From NCBI GenBank assembly GCA_016187495.1, contig JACPJP010000012.1, positions 17,031 through 81,030 on the forward strand: a stretch of 64,000 bases of DNA, in the 5' to 3' direction. Position 1 is the stretch's first letter, and every line of letters begins with the position of its first letter. Under the pieces are notes generated by a model. That model made no database searches, was not told the DNA's origin, and saw nothing but the letters and a program-made list of their open reading frames with translations. The stretch is from Candidatus Woesearchaeota archaeon (GTDB lineage: Archaea > Nanobdellota > Nanobdellia > Woesearchaeales > GW2011-AR4). The position numbers and the translations under genes are program-made. Below, piece after piece: positions 18,789 to 27,645 of this stretch.

Positions 18789-19589
18789 GTGAAAATGAAG
18801 AAAGAAACAAATATAAAAAAGGTTAAACAAAATAAATCTAACTATATTTTTCTCATTTTGCTTATTTTAGCAGCTATCATAGTTGTAACTAACAATGCCT
18901 TTTTTTCAGGAACTGGGGCTGCAGTGCGTGGGGAAGGAACAAAAAAATCTAGCTTACCTGATTTGATAGCTTCAGGAGCAACTTTGCAAAATGTACAAAA
19001 AAAATTAATAGAGGGTAAACTACTTTTTCATATACAAGAAGGTGTGGGTGTTGCAAATATTGGCGGTGCAAGATCAAAAGCATCTGTTCTTCGTGCTGGT
19101 ATAATAGGTAATTCACTACAGAACGTTAGAGCAACGGTGTTTTATGTAGATTCGACTGGAAGACTTGTTACAAGCGCTACAACACAATACTTCACCTTAA
19201 CTAATAACGGTGCATATATTGATATTCCTGTGGATCCTCTAATGCCATATGATAAATATAAATGGGGCGACAATTACGCTGTCCTTTTCTTAGACGTTCC
19301 TATAAACATGCCGCCTACTAATGGAACAGTTGTTGAAACAAAATATGCTCTTTTCAGTGACGCTGATGTAACTAAACTTGTAACTGAATCAGATGAAATT
19401 AATAACTATATGGAAAAAGGTTATATTTTCCGCTGTGCTTTTCAGGATGACGATCTTTCTGTTTATCCTTATGCCCCTACTTGTTGCTTGCACAGAGTTG
19501 ATCCTTCATCACCTAGGTATATCATGTATGGAACATATTACTGCGAAGATTTTCCTCCTTATAATCCATTATACTTACCTGCTGGATGA
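18789..19589 (+). CDS. hypothetical exported/membrane-anchored protein with Cys-rich C-terminus
   Basis: 266 aa; N-terminal TM/signal anchor (IFLILLILAAIIVVT); C-terminal CC...C...C cluster; probable ATG start at 18795. Confidence 0.5.
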   Translation: MKMKKETNIKKVKQNKSNYIFLILLILAAIIVVTNNAFFSGTGAAVRGEGTKKSSLPDLIASGATLQNVQKKLIEGKLLFHIQEGVGVANIGGARSKASVLRAGIIGNSLQNVRATVFYVDSTGRLVTSATTQYFTLTNNGAYIDIPVDPLMPYDKYKWGDNYAVLFLDVPINMPPTNGTVVETKYALFSDADVTKLVTESDEINNYMEKGYIFRCAFQDDDLSVYPYAPTCCLHRVDPSSPRYIMYGTYYCEDFPPYNPLYLPAG

Positions 19590-19673
19590 TTTACTTCCAT
19601 ATATTTTCTCAACTGAAAATTCCCATTTACCTTCTAACGAAAGTTTTTTAAAAGCCCAGACATTAGTTTAGAC

Positions 19674-20168
19674 ATGGATTTGATAGACCAATTTAAGGAC
19701 CCCAATGGAGAAATAAGCAGGGAAAACATCAAGCAGATAATACCTTATGACGATGATTTTTTGTTTATTGATCGGGTTTTAAAGCTGGATAAAAAAAATA
19801 TCGTTGCTGTAAAAGAAGTCAAGGCTGATGAGCCGTATTTTAAGGGACATTTCAAGGGTTTCCCAATAATGCCAGGAGCCTTAATAGTAGAGGGCTTGGG
19901 CCAGGCAGCTACATTGCTTGTGAGGTACAACATACATAACCATGAAGAAAAAGATATACTTGCGTATAAGATAAGGGGCGCTAAATTTTTCAGGCCCACT
20001 TTCCCAGGCCAGACCTTGAGGTTTGAAGCCAGACTTTTTTTCATGTTCAAAAAAATAGCATTTGTAAATGGCAGTGTTTTCAGAAATGACAAGCTCACTG
20101 CAAAGGTAAATATGGTCTTGGCCATAGTTGATAAAAAATCGTTTAGGGAAAAGTACACAAAAAAATAA
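19674..20168 (+). CDS. FabZ-like beta-hydroxyacyl dehydratase (hotdog fold)
   Basis: 'FLFIDRV' and 'HFKGFPIMPGALIVEGLGQAA' match the FabZ/FabA catalytic His and hotdog motifs. Confidence 0.78.
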   Translation: MDLIDQFKDPNGEISRENIKQIIPYDDDFLFIDRVLKLDKKNIVAVKEVKADEPYFKGHFKGFPIMPGALIVEGLGQAATLLVRYNIHNHEEKDILAYKIRGAKFFRPTFPGQTLRFEARLFFMFKKIAFVNGSVFRNDKLTAKVNMVLAIVDKKSFREKYTKK

Positions 20169-20180
20169 TGGAGAGGAAGA

Positions 20181-21238
20181 ATGTACATCAAAGGCGCTGG
20201 AATGACGAAGTTCGGGATACGTGCAGAAACAACACATGAGCTGTGTTATGAGGCTATTATGGAAGCTCTGGAAGATGCAGATATGCCCTTATCAGAAATA
20301 GATGAAATAATAATCTCAAAAGGGGGTTCAAGAAATGATGGGGAGAGGCAAAAGCTCTTTCCGGGTATGTTGAGCAGCATGCTCCAGGACCAGGATATAC
20401 CTATCATAAGGGTCATGGCTGCTTGCAGCGGGGGAGGAGCGGCAATATGGGATGCGGTGAATTCCAAAGATGGAAATATCCTTGTAGTTGGTGTTGATAA
20501 GCTCTCAACTGAGCCAACCAGCCTCATGACGGACGATTTGATGATGGCTTCAGAAAGGATTCACGAGCAGACGGAAGGCCTAAACTTTCCGGCCCAGAAC
20601 GCGCTCATTGCGCAGCAATATATGCTCAAGTATGGGGTATCAACTGATGACCTCGCATTAGTCGCACTAAAAAACCATGAGAATGCCTTCCTTAACCCCA
20701 AAGCAAGATTTTATGGAAAGAAAGTTACATTGGATATGATACCGCCATATTAAGCAATGAAAAAAGCGACATAGAGATAATAGGCTCCTCATTATACACT
20801 GACAGGCTCTCAGTATTTGAATCAAAAGATATGACGTCATGGGCAGCCACAAGACTGGCAGCTCAGTCCGCTTACCAGCAAGCTGGAATAACCCAGAAAG
20901 ATATTGATTTTGTTGAGCTGCATGATGCTTTTACGTCCGTTGAATTGATGGCTTACGAGGATCTGGGTTTCGCTGAAAGAGGGGAAGGCAAGAAGCTGAT
21001 AAAGAAAGGCATAACAAAAATGAATGGAAAACTCCCGGTAAACGCCTCAGGAGGATTAAAAGCAAAGGGGCATCCCATCAGTGCTACAGGGGTGAGCCAG
21101 ATATATGAGATAGTGAGGCAAATGAGAAAGCAAGCTGGCAAAAGGCAACTTGATAATATTGGAATAGGCTTAGCCCACAATGTAGGGGGAGTAGGCAGCA
21201 CTGTTACGGTACATATAATAAAGCATGTTGGTGGTTAA
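20181..21238 (+). pseudogene. thiolase (acetyl-CoA C-acetyltransferase family) paralog 1, interrupted by an out-of-frame ~67-nt deletion
   Basis: The N-terminal part (20181-20753, active-site 'AACSGGG') ends 'LDMIPPY*'. The C-terminal part continues in another frame (…TAILSNEKSDIEIIG…, ORF 20831-21238). About 22 codons present in paralog 2 (RKSPVVASPLRLFDCSIPCNGA) are missing. The break lies exactly at the end of the 141-bp tract shared with paralog 2. Confidence 0.6.
20601..20741 (+). repeat. 141-bp perfect direct repeat, copy 1 (inside thiolase paralog 1)
   Basis: Identical to 23144-23284 by direct comparison, whereas flanking coding sequence of the two paralogs diverges at synonymous sites. 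Confidence 0.85.
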
Positions 21239-21240
21239 TA

Positions 21241-22692
21241 ATGATAATAAGATGGGTTTGTGAAAAAGACAACAAAAAATGGATGTATCCCATCCAAAAA
21301 TGCATTTACTGCAAAGGACCCGTAAAGAAACAGGTAAGCAGAAAAGCAAGAGTTATAGGTATAACGAAAGTAAACATACCTTCCCCAATGCATCCGATTA
21401 TACCCTACAATGTTATTCTGCTTGAGGACGAGCATGGCAACAAGATGCCAAAAAAGACTATGAAGGACTATAAGATAGGGGATGAATACAAAATTGAAAA
21501 GGCGAAATCTGACAGTGGCGTTATTGCAACAAAAATAAAGTATGACTTGTACGAGGCTTTAAAATCATCCTTGGAGTTACTAAACTCTTTTGATGTAATG
21601 GAAAATGATAAAGTGCTGATAAAGCCGAGCATAATAGAGCCAGCTTACAGCTATTCAGCAGTAAATACTAACCCAAAAATACTTGATGCCCTAATAACTT
21701 TCCTGAAAGAAAAGAATGTAAATGATATAATTGTAGCTGAGCAGGCAATGGTTGGCAATGATACCTTAGACTCTGCAAAAAAATCTGGAATGTTAGAAGT
21801 ATGTGAAAAGCATAATGTGGGTTTCGTTGACCTTAAAAAGGCAGAGTATGCAGAAAAAGAAGCTGAAGGGTTTAAATTTGAGGTTGCCAAATATTTCTTC
21901 GAAAGAAAAGTTATAAATATTCCTGTTATGAAAACCAACTCCCAGATTGGTATTTCTGGAGCAGTTGAAAATATGGTAAGATGCGCGCATAAGGATACGC
22001 AAAAAAATATGTTTAAGCACGATATAGAAAAGACCTTGCCCAAGCTGATTAAAACCCTGCCTCATTTCATAACCATAGGGGATGCTACAATAGGCATGCA
22101 TGGCCAAGGCCCGACCTCTCTGGGAGAGCCTGCATTTTTGAATATGCTTTTTGCGAGCAAGGATCCTGTTGCTTTAGATGCAGTTTTCGTGGAAATGGGA
22201 ATGATGGAGATGCCTCAATACCTAAAAGAATGCGGTTCTTTAGGATTAGGGAACTGCGACTCAAAAACAATCGAAGTAGTAGGAGACGAATTGGAGGCTA
22301 TAAAGTTCTCTCTCAAGCCTGCTAAAAAAAATGAAAGCGCGCACCCAAAAATAAAGCTTATCGATGGTAAAGCAGATCCTTATATTTTTAATTCGGCAAT
22401 AAAATCAACAGCTAAGCTTATTGGATTATCAGGACAGGAGATTAACCTTGCCATAGGCTCGCAACTGACAAAAGATATGATAGCAGATAAAAACCGCTTG
22501 GTTGCATATGGAAATGATGCGATTGAAAAAATAAAATCGTTAGGAATAACTCCAATTGCAGAAATACCTGAAGGTATAGACGATCTTGAAAAGATTATAT
22601 TGCTAAAAAGTATCCTGGAGAACCCTGAAAAGGAAGGCATTACTATTGCAGATAAAATAAAATCAAAATTTTTAAGTTGGGTGCAAAAATAA
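21241..22692 (+). CDS. fusion protein: N-terminal DUF35-like Zn-ribbon/OB-fold domain (thiolase/HMGCS scaffold family) + large C-terminal domain of uncertain family (possibly DUF362-like)
   Basis: N-terminus 'CEKDNKKWMYPIQKCIYCKG' is a rubredoxin-like ribbon followed by an OB-like segment as in archaeal DUF35 proteins. The remaining ~380 aa are conserved-looking but unassigned. The gene sits between two thiolase paralogs. Confidence 0.65.
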   Translation: MIIRWVCEKDNKKWMYPIQKCIYCKGPVKKQVSRKARVIGITKVNIPSPMHPIIPYNVILLEDEHGNKMPKKTMKDYKIGDEYKIEKAKSDSGVIATKIKYDLYEALKSSLELLNSFDVMENDKVLIKPSIIEPAYSYSAVNTNPKILDALITFLKEKNVNDIIVAEQAMVGNDTLDSAKKSGMLEVCEKHNVGFVDLKKAEYAEKEAEGFKFEVAKYFFERKVINIPVMKTNSQIGISGAVENMVRCAHKDTQKNMFKHDIEKTLPKLIKTLPHFITIGDATIGMHGQGPTSLGEPAFLNMLFASKDPVALDAVFVEMGMMEMPQYLKECGSLGLGNCDSKTIEVVGDELEAIKFSLKPAKKNESAHPKIKLIDGKADPYIFNSAIKSTAKLIGLSGQEINLAIGSQLTKDMIADKNRLVAYGNDAIEKIKSLGITPIAEIPEGIDDLEKIILLKSILENPEKEGITIADKIKSKFLSWVQK

Positions 22693-23143
22693 AAAAATAG
22701 ATTCTAAGATGGCCATTTACATAAAAGGTGCAGGAATGACGAAATTTGATGTTGACCAGAGAAATTCTTACGAGCGCATATATGAATGTGTAAACGAGGC
22801 TCTTGATTCAGGGAATGTGAGTATGAAAGATATAGAGGCCGTTTTCGTCTCAAACTGCGAGCCTGAAACCAATGGCGAAAGGCAAAGGCATACTGGCCCA
22901 ATGATAAGCAGCATGTTCCAGAAAAAAATGCCCATAATAACAGTCCCTGCCGGATGCGGTGGTGGAGGAACAGCATTATGGAATGCTGCAGAATTCCAAA
23001 AAAAAAATAATATGAAAAACATACTTGTTATTGGGTTTGAGAAACTTGTTGCAAATTTATCAGAAAACATAACTGATGAGATGTTCATGGGCGGTGAGCG
23101 TATTTATGAGCAAGCAGAAGGTGTCATTTTTCCTGCCCAAAAT

Positions 23144-23284
23144 GCGCTCATTGCGCAGCAATATATGCTCAAGTATGGGGTATCAACTGATGACCTCGCA
23201 TTAGTCGCACTAAAAAACCATGAGAATGCCTTCCTTAACCCCAAAGCAAGATTTTATGGAAAGAAAGTTACATTGGATATGATA
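23144..23284 (+). repeat. 141-bp perfect direct repeat, copy 2 (inside thiolase paralog 2)
   Basis: Identical to 20601-20741. Confidence 0.85.
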
Positions 23285-23298
23285 ATTGGATATGATAA
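23273..23298 (+). repeat. 13-bp tandem duplication (ttggatatgataa x2) that frameshifts thiolase paralog 2
   Basis: Read directly from the sequence; the first unit is the last 13 nt of the 141-bp shared tract. Confidence 0.85.
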
Positions 23299-24127
23299 GA
23301 AAATCTCCTGTAGTTGCTTCTCCGTTAAGGCTGTTTGACTGTAGCATACCATGCAACGGCGCGGCTGCTGTTATAATAGGCAGGGGCAAAACGGAGGTTG
23401 AGCTTGCTGGCTCTGGGTTAAGCACGAGCAAGTTGGCGAGCTTTGAAAGGGAAGACATGACCTCTTGGGACTCAACAATAAATGCTGCAAAAATAGCATA
23501 CAAAGAAGCAAATATAACTCCAAATGATATAGACATAGCAGAGGTTCATGACGCATTTACCCCTGTTGAGCTTATTTCTTATGAAGATTTGGGATTCTGC
23601 AAAAAAGGCGAGGGTCCTTACCTTATCAGGCAAGGGGCAACAAAAATTAATGGCAAGCTTCCTGTAAATACCTCTGGAGGATTGAAAGCAAAGGGTCATC
23701 CTATCAGCGCTACCGGAGTAAGCCAGATATATGAGCTTTTTCTGCAGCTGACAGGAAATGCAAAAGGCAGGCAGGTGGATAATGCCAATTATGGCTTGGC
23801 GCACAATACTGGTGGCGCAGGCAGCATGACCAGCGTGCATATACTAAAGAAAGCTATGTGATGGTTAGAGTATGTCTAAAAATCGCTTCGCGGGTTAGCC
23901 CACGATAATTGGAATGATGTTCTTGTTTGACATTTTCATTGTTTGACTGACCATAAAAACCAACCTTACGATGCTCGTCCATTTTGACTTTCATTTGTTT
24001 ATTTAATCATATTTCCTTTTTCATTAAAAATTCATATGGATAAAACCCTATTATTATTAATTTTTATTGAATAAATACTATGTTGCAATTAATGCTAACC
24101 TTTGTTTTTTAGACACGCCCGTGATGG

Positions 24128-25531
24128 CTATTTTGGATTCAATATATGTATAGCCTTTCCCATTGTCGCTTCCGCAGCTTCCATTAAGCTTTCGCTCAAT
24201 GTAGGATGAGGGTGTATTGTCAAAGCTAAATCATCCAAAGTAGCATTCATCTTTATTGCCAAAGCTGCTTCGCTTATAAGATCAGAAGCTTCGCTTCCGA
24301 CAATTTGAACACCAAGAAGTTTATTGCTTTTTTCGTCTGCAATTACCTTGACAAATCCGTCTGTCGCATTTCTTGTCATTGCCCTGCTTGACGCCCTAAA
24401 AGGGAACTTTCCAGTTTTTATCTTAATCCCATTATCTTTAGCTTCTTTCTCATCCATTCCGACTGTAGCAATCTCTAGATCTGTAAATATTACTGCAGGC
24501 ACGACAATATTTTCATATGCGCCTTTATTTCCTGCTATTGCCTCTGCAACAAATTTTCCTTGGCTTGAAGCCTTGTGCGCTAGCATTGGTCCTGTAGAAA
24601 CGTCCCCAATAGCATAAATATTCCCATCAGTTGTCCTCAAAGTTTGGTCTACTTTTATAAACCCCTTATCATTTAACTTTACTTTTGTATTTTCAAGCCC
24701 TATACTATTTGTCGCTGGGATTCTTCCAACAGCTACAAGCAAGGTATCGGCATTAATTGCCAGATTGCCTTTGTCTTTTGATTCTATTGTTACTTTTCCA
24801 TTCTCAAACTTGCTGGCTTTTGAATTGAGGAATATATTAATACCTAGCTTATCCAAATTTTTTTGCAGCACATTAACTATTTCATTATCAAAACCAGGAA
24901 GAATCTGGCTTTCCATCTCTATAACATTGACTTTGCTTCCGAGTTTTGCATACACAATGCCCAATTCCATGCCTATATAACCTCCACCTATAACTGCAAG
25001 ATTTTTTGGAATTTGGTTAAGGTATAATGCTTCTGTTGAACTTATTATCCTCTTTCCATCAAACTTAAATCCTGGCAATTCAACAGGCTTTGAGCCGACT
25101 GCAATTATTGCCTTTTCGAATTCAATATGATTAATATTCTTGCCATCTGCAACTTTTAATTTATTCGAGCCTTCAAAATATGCTTCTCCCCTAACAACCC
25201 TTATTTTGTTCTGTTTGCATAATAATTCAATGCCGTTATTTAACTTGGATATTATCCCATCCTTCCACTCTTGCATTTTATTGAAGTTCATTGTAACCTT
25301 GCCAACACTAATGCCCATATTTTCTGATTTTTTTATCTTGTCAAGAAATTCAGCTGCGTAGATCATTGCCTTTGATGGAATGCATCCGTAATTAAGGCAT
25401 ATCCCACCTAATTTATCCTTGTCAACTAAAACTACATTTTTCCCGAGCTGCGCCAGCCTTATTGCTGCTACATAGCCTCCTGGCCCTGCGCCTATTACAG
25501 CTACTTCCGTGCTTAATATGTTCGAATCCAT
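24128..25531 (-). CDS. lpdA: dihydrolipoyl dehydrogenase (E3, pyridine nucleotide-disulfide oxidoreductase)
   Basis: FAD motif 'VIGAGPGGY', redox-active 'CLNYGCIPSK' disulfide, NAD motif and C-terminal dimerisation His-Pro; likely start 'MDSNILSTEVAVIGAGPGG' at 25531. The six-frame ORF extends to 25594. Confidence 0.9.
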   Translation of the reverse strand: MDSNILSTEVAVIGAGPGGYVAAIRLAQLGKNVVLVDKDKLGGICLNYGCIPSKAMIYAAEFLDKIKKSENMGISVGKVTMNFNKMQEWKDGIISKLNNGIELLCKQNKIRVVRGEAYFEGSNKLKVADGKNINHIEFEKAIIAVGSKPVELPGFKFDGKRIISSTEALYLNQIPKNLAVIGGGYIGMELGIVYAKLGSKVNVIEMESQILPGFDNEIVNVLQKNLDKLGINIFLNSKASKFENGKVTIESKDKGNLAINADTLLVAVGRIPATNSIGLENTKVKLNDKGFIKVDQTLRTTDGNIYAIGDVSTGPMLAHKASSQGKFVAEAIAGNKGAYENIVVPAVIFTDLEIATVGMDEKEAKDNGIKIKTGKFPFRASSRAMTRNATDGFVKVIADEKSNKLLGVQIVGSEASDLISEAALAIKMNATLDDLALTIHPHPTLSESLMEAAEATMGKAIHILNPK

Positions 25532-25628
25532 GATATATAGATGAGGTATACCATTAATAAATCTAACGCTTATTTGCAATAATTCTAGCTTCATGAATTG
25601 AAACCATTTGATTTTATTATTATGCTCC

Positions 25629-25760
25629 CGGCAATTTTACTGCTCGCTTAATAATCATAATAAAACTATTGTTATGATTAGGCGAGGCAAAATTTATTGG
25701 CAGGAAAAATTTTGCCGAGCAGTAAAATTCGGCTGAGCGTAGCGAAGCCAAATTGAAATT
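25629..25760 (+). ncRNA. conserved structured intergenic element, copy B (nested hairpins)
   Basis: Outer 14-bp stem aattttactgctcg (25633-25646) / cgagcagtaaaatt (25716-25729) encloses an inner hairpin ggcaaaattt/aaaattttgcc (25687-25715). The core 25681-25738 is ~85% identical to 11701-11752. Confidence 0.4.
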
Positions 25761-25873
25761 TAATAAAAAATCAATTTCAAAAGGCAGAATAAATTTAATT
25801 AATTTCCCCTTACTAAATAGCCCTTTAAAAAGACAAGATTTAAAAAGTTCTTGCTCATTCTTGATAGTGTAAA

Positions 25874-26851
25874 ATGTCTATTGCGGTGATTATAAAAGAG
25901 CCAGAATCGTGGAAGCCTGACAGGCCTGCCTCTAGCGGTGCGATTGCATTTCATAATGCGGTTATTAACGCTTCTTGGCTGCATGATTGTGTAGATAAGT
26001 TGACAGAATTTGCTGCTCCGAGAATCAAGGAAAATGACATCGTAGTTGATTTCGGGGCAGGAACTGGAACGTCTTCTGCCAGGATACTAAAAAGATTTGA
26101 TAACAGGATAAGGTTGTGGCTTGTAGACAATTCTCCAGCATGGCTCGGTAAAGCTTACGAGTACTTACATTCTAGGCAAAATGTAAAATTCTTTGTCTTG
26201 GAAAAGAAAAATGATCATTACTCGACTTTATCTGAAACCGTTGGCAAAGAGTCCGTTAACCAAGTATTATCTGCCAATACCATCCATTTGATTCCAAACC
26301 TCAAGGAAACTTTTAGGGGTATTTTTGATTCCTTAAAGCCGAATGGCTCTTTTATTTTCAACAGTGGGAATATTGAGAGAGAAGGTAAGCCGAAAGGTGC
26401 TTTGATGCTGGATTCCACTGTTTATAGAGTACATGACATTGCAATAGACTTAATAAAAAAAATGCCAAAATTCAAAGAATATAGGGAAGGCCTTGACAAG
26501 CGGATAAAAGAATTTTTGCCCCAAAGAAAATTTATTTTTCCTTACCCTAAGGACATTAAAGATTATTTAGGGGCTGTTAAGGATGCTGGATTCCGGCAAA
26601 TAAAGGAATATTATTCATGCTTCAGAGTAAAATATTCTGATTATCTTGACTTTTTGAAGGTAAAAAGGTTGCAGGCAGGAATGCTGCCAGAAGTAGGCGG
26701 TTTAGAGCCAAATAAGAAGGAAATTCAGGATAGGGATGAATTAATAACCCTAGCTTCGTTGCAGCTTTTTGACGAGCTTAGGAAAAATAATCCCTTGGCA
26801 GACGATAAAGCCTGGCAATGTGAATGGGCATATATTGCTGGAGTTAAATAA
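25874..26851 (+). CDS. class I SAM-dependent methyltransferase family protein
   Basis: 'IVVDFGAGTGTSS' glycine-rich SAM-binding motif I followed by an acidic motif II (LWLVDNS). Confidence 0.55.
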   Translation: MSIAVIIKEPESWKPDRPASSGAIAFHNAVINASWLHDCVDKLTEFAAPRIKENDIVVDFGAGTGTSSARILKRFDNRIRLWLVDNSPAWLGKAYEYLHSRQNVKFFVLEKKNDHYSTLSETVGKESVNQVLSANTIHLIPNLKETFRGIFDSLKPNGSFIFNSGNIEREGKPKGALMLDSTVYRVHDIAIDLIKKMPKFKEYREGLDKRIKEFLPQRKFIFPYPKDIKDYLGAVKDAGFRQIKEYYSCFRVKYSDYLDFLKVKRLQAGMLPEVGGLEPNKKEIQDRDELITLASLQLFDELRKNNPLADDKAWQCEWAYIAGVK

Positions 26852-26852
26852 T

Positions 26853-27587
26853 ATGCTGAAGGGAAAAGTAGCGTTAGTTACCGGAGCTTCTAGAGGCATT
26901 GGAAGCTCCATAGCTTTTGAGATGGCAAAGGAGGGTGCAGATATTATTGTTAATTATGCCAGCAGCAGCAAAAATGCCGAAGAAGTGGTCGATAAAATAA
27001 AAAAAATGGGGAATAAGGCTATATCTATAAAAGCCGATGTTTCTAATTATAATGAAGTGGCTAAAATGTTTGAACTCGTTAAATCAGAATTTAAAAAAAT
27101 TGACATACTGGTAAATAATGCAGGCATTGTCAGGGACAGGACATTAAGGAATATGTCGCAGGAAGAATGGAACAATGTCCTAAATACCAATTTAAGCAGT
27201 GTATTTAATGTTACCAAGCAAGCCCTCCAGTTAATGGGAGACGGTGGCAGGATAATTAACATATCCTCTATTGTAGGGCAGTATGGCAATTTTGGCCAGA
27301 CCAACTACGCGGCTGCAAAGGCAGGAATAATAGGGCTTACTAAATCACTAGCAAAAGAGCTTGGCAAGAGGAAGATAACGGTAAATGCTATTGCTCCTGG
27401 ATTCATAAAAACGGATATAATAAAAGATATGCCTTTTTTCAAAAGGAAGATTATCAGGTATATGATACCATTGAAGGAAGAAGGCAATCCAGAGGATGTG
27501 GCAAATGCTGTTGTTTTCCTTGCATCAGAAAAATCACGCTATATCACTGGTTCTGTAATTAATGTTGATGGCGGCTTAGCTTTTTGA
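26853..27587 (+). CDS. FabG-like short-chain dehydrogenase/reductase (3-oxoacyl reductase family)
   Basis: 'GKVALVTGASRGIGSSIA' TGxxxGxG, 'NNAG', catalytic 'YAAAKAG' YxxxK; classical SDR of ~245 aa from the ATG at 26853. The long ORF from 26769 overlaps the upstream gene. Confidence 0.85.
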   Translation: MLKGKVALVTGASRGIGSSIAFEMAKEGADIIVNYASSSKNAEEVVDKIKKMGNKAISIKADVSNYNEVAKMFELVKSEFKKIDILVNNAGIVRDRTLRNMSQEEWNNVLNTNLSSVFNVTKQALQLMGDGGRIINISSIVGQYGNFGQTNYAAAKAGIIGLTKSLAKELGKRKITVNAIAPGFIKTDIIKDMPFFKRKIIRYMIPLKEEGNPEDVANAVVFLASEKSRYITGSVINVDGGLAF

Positions 27588-27645
27588 CACAATAAGCATG
27601 GTTAGTGCGAAGCAATTCTGAGAAGTCAAGTCAGCAAGCAGAAAA

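Larger units (their letters stand above)
22709..23861 (+). pseudogene. thiolase paralog 2, frameshifted by a 13-bp tandem duplication
   Basis: ORFs 22709-23338 and 23286-23861 are consecutive thiolase halves in different frames. Removing one copy of 'ttggatatgataa' (23273-23285 / 23286-23298) restores a continuous ~390-aa thiolase (…KVTLDMIRKSPVVASPLRLFDCS…). Confidence 0.65.

Noticed and set aside
23862-24127. 266-bp convergent intergenic region with short direct repeats (ttgtttgac x2) examined for a small gene or terminator
   Set aside because: No ORF of at least 60 aa, no clear hairpin; T-rich tracts consistent with generic archaeal termination on both strands but nothing specific.
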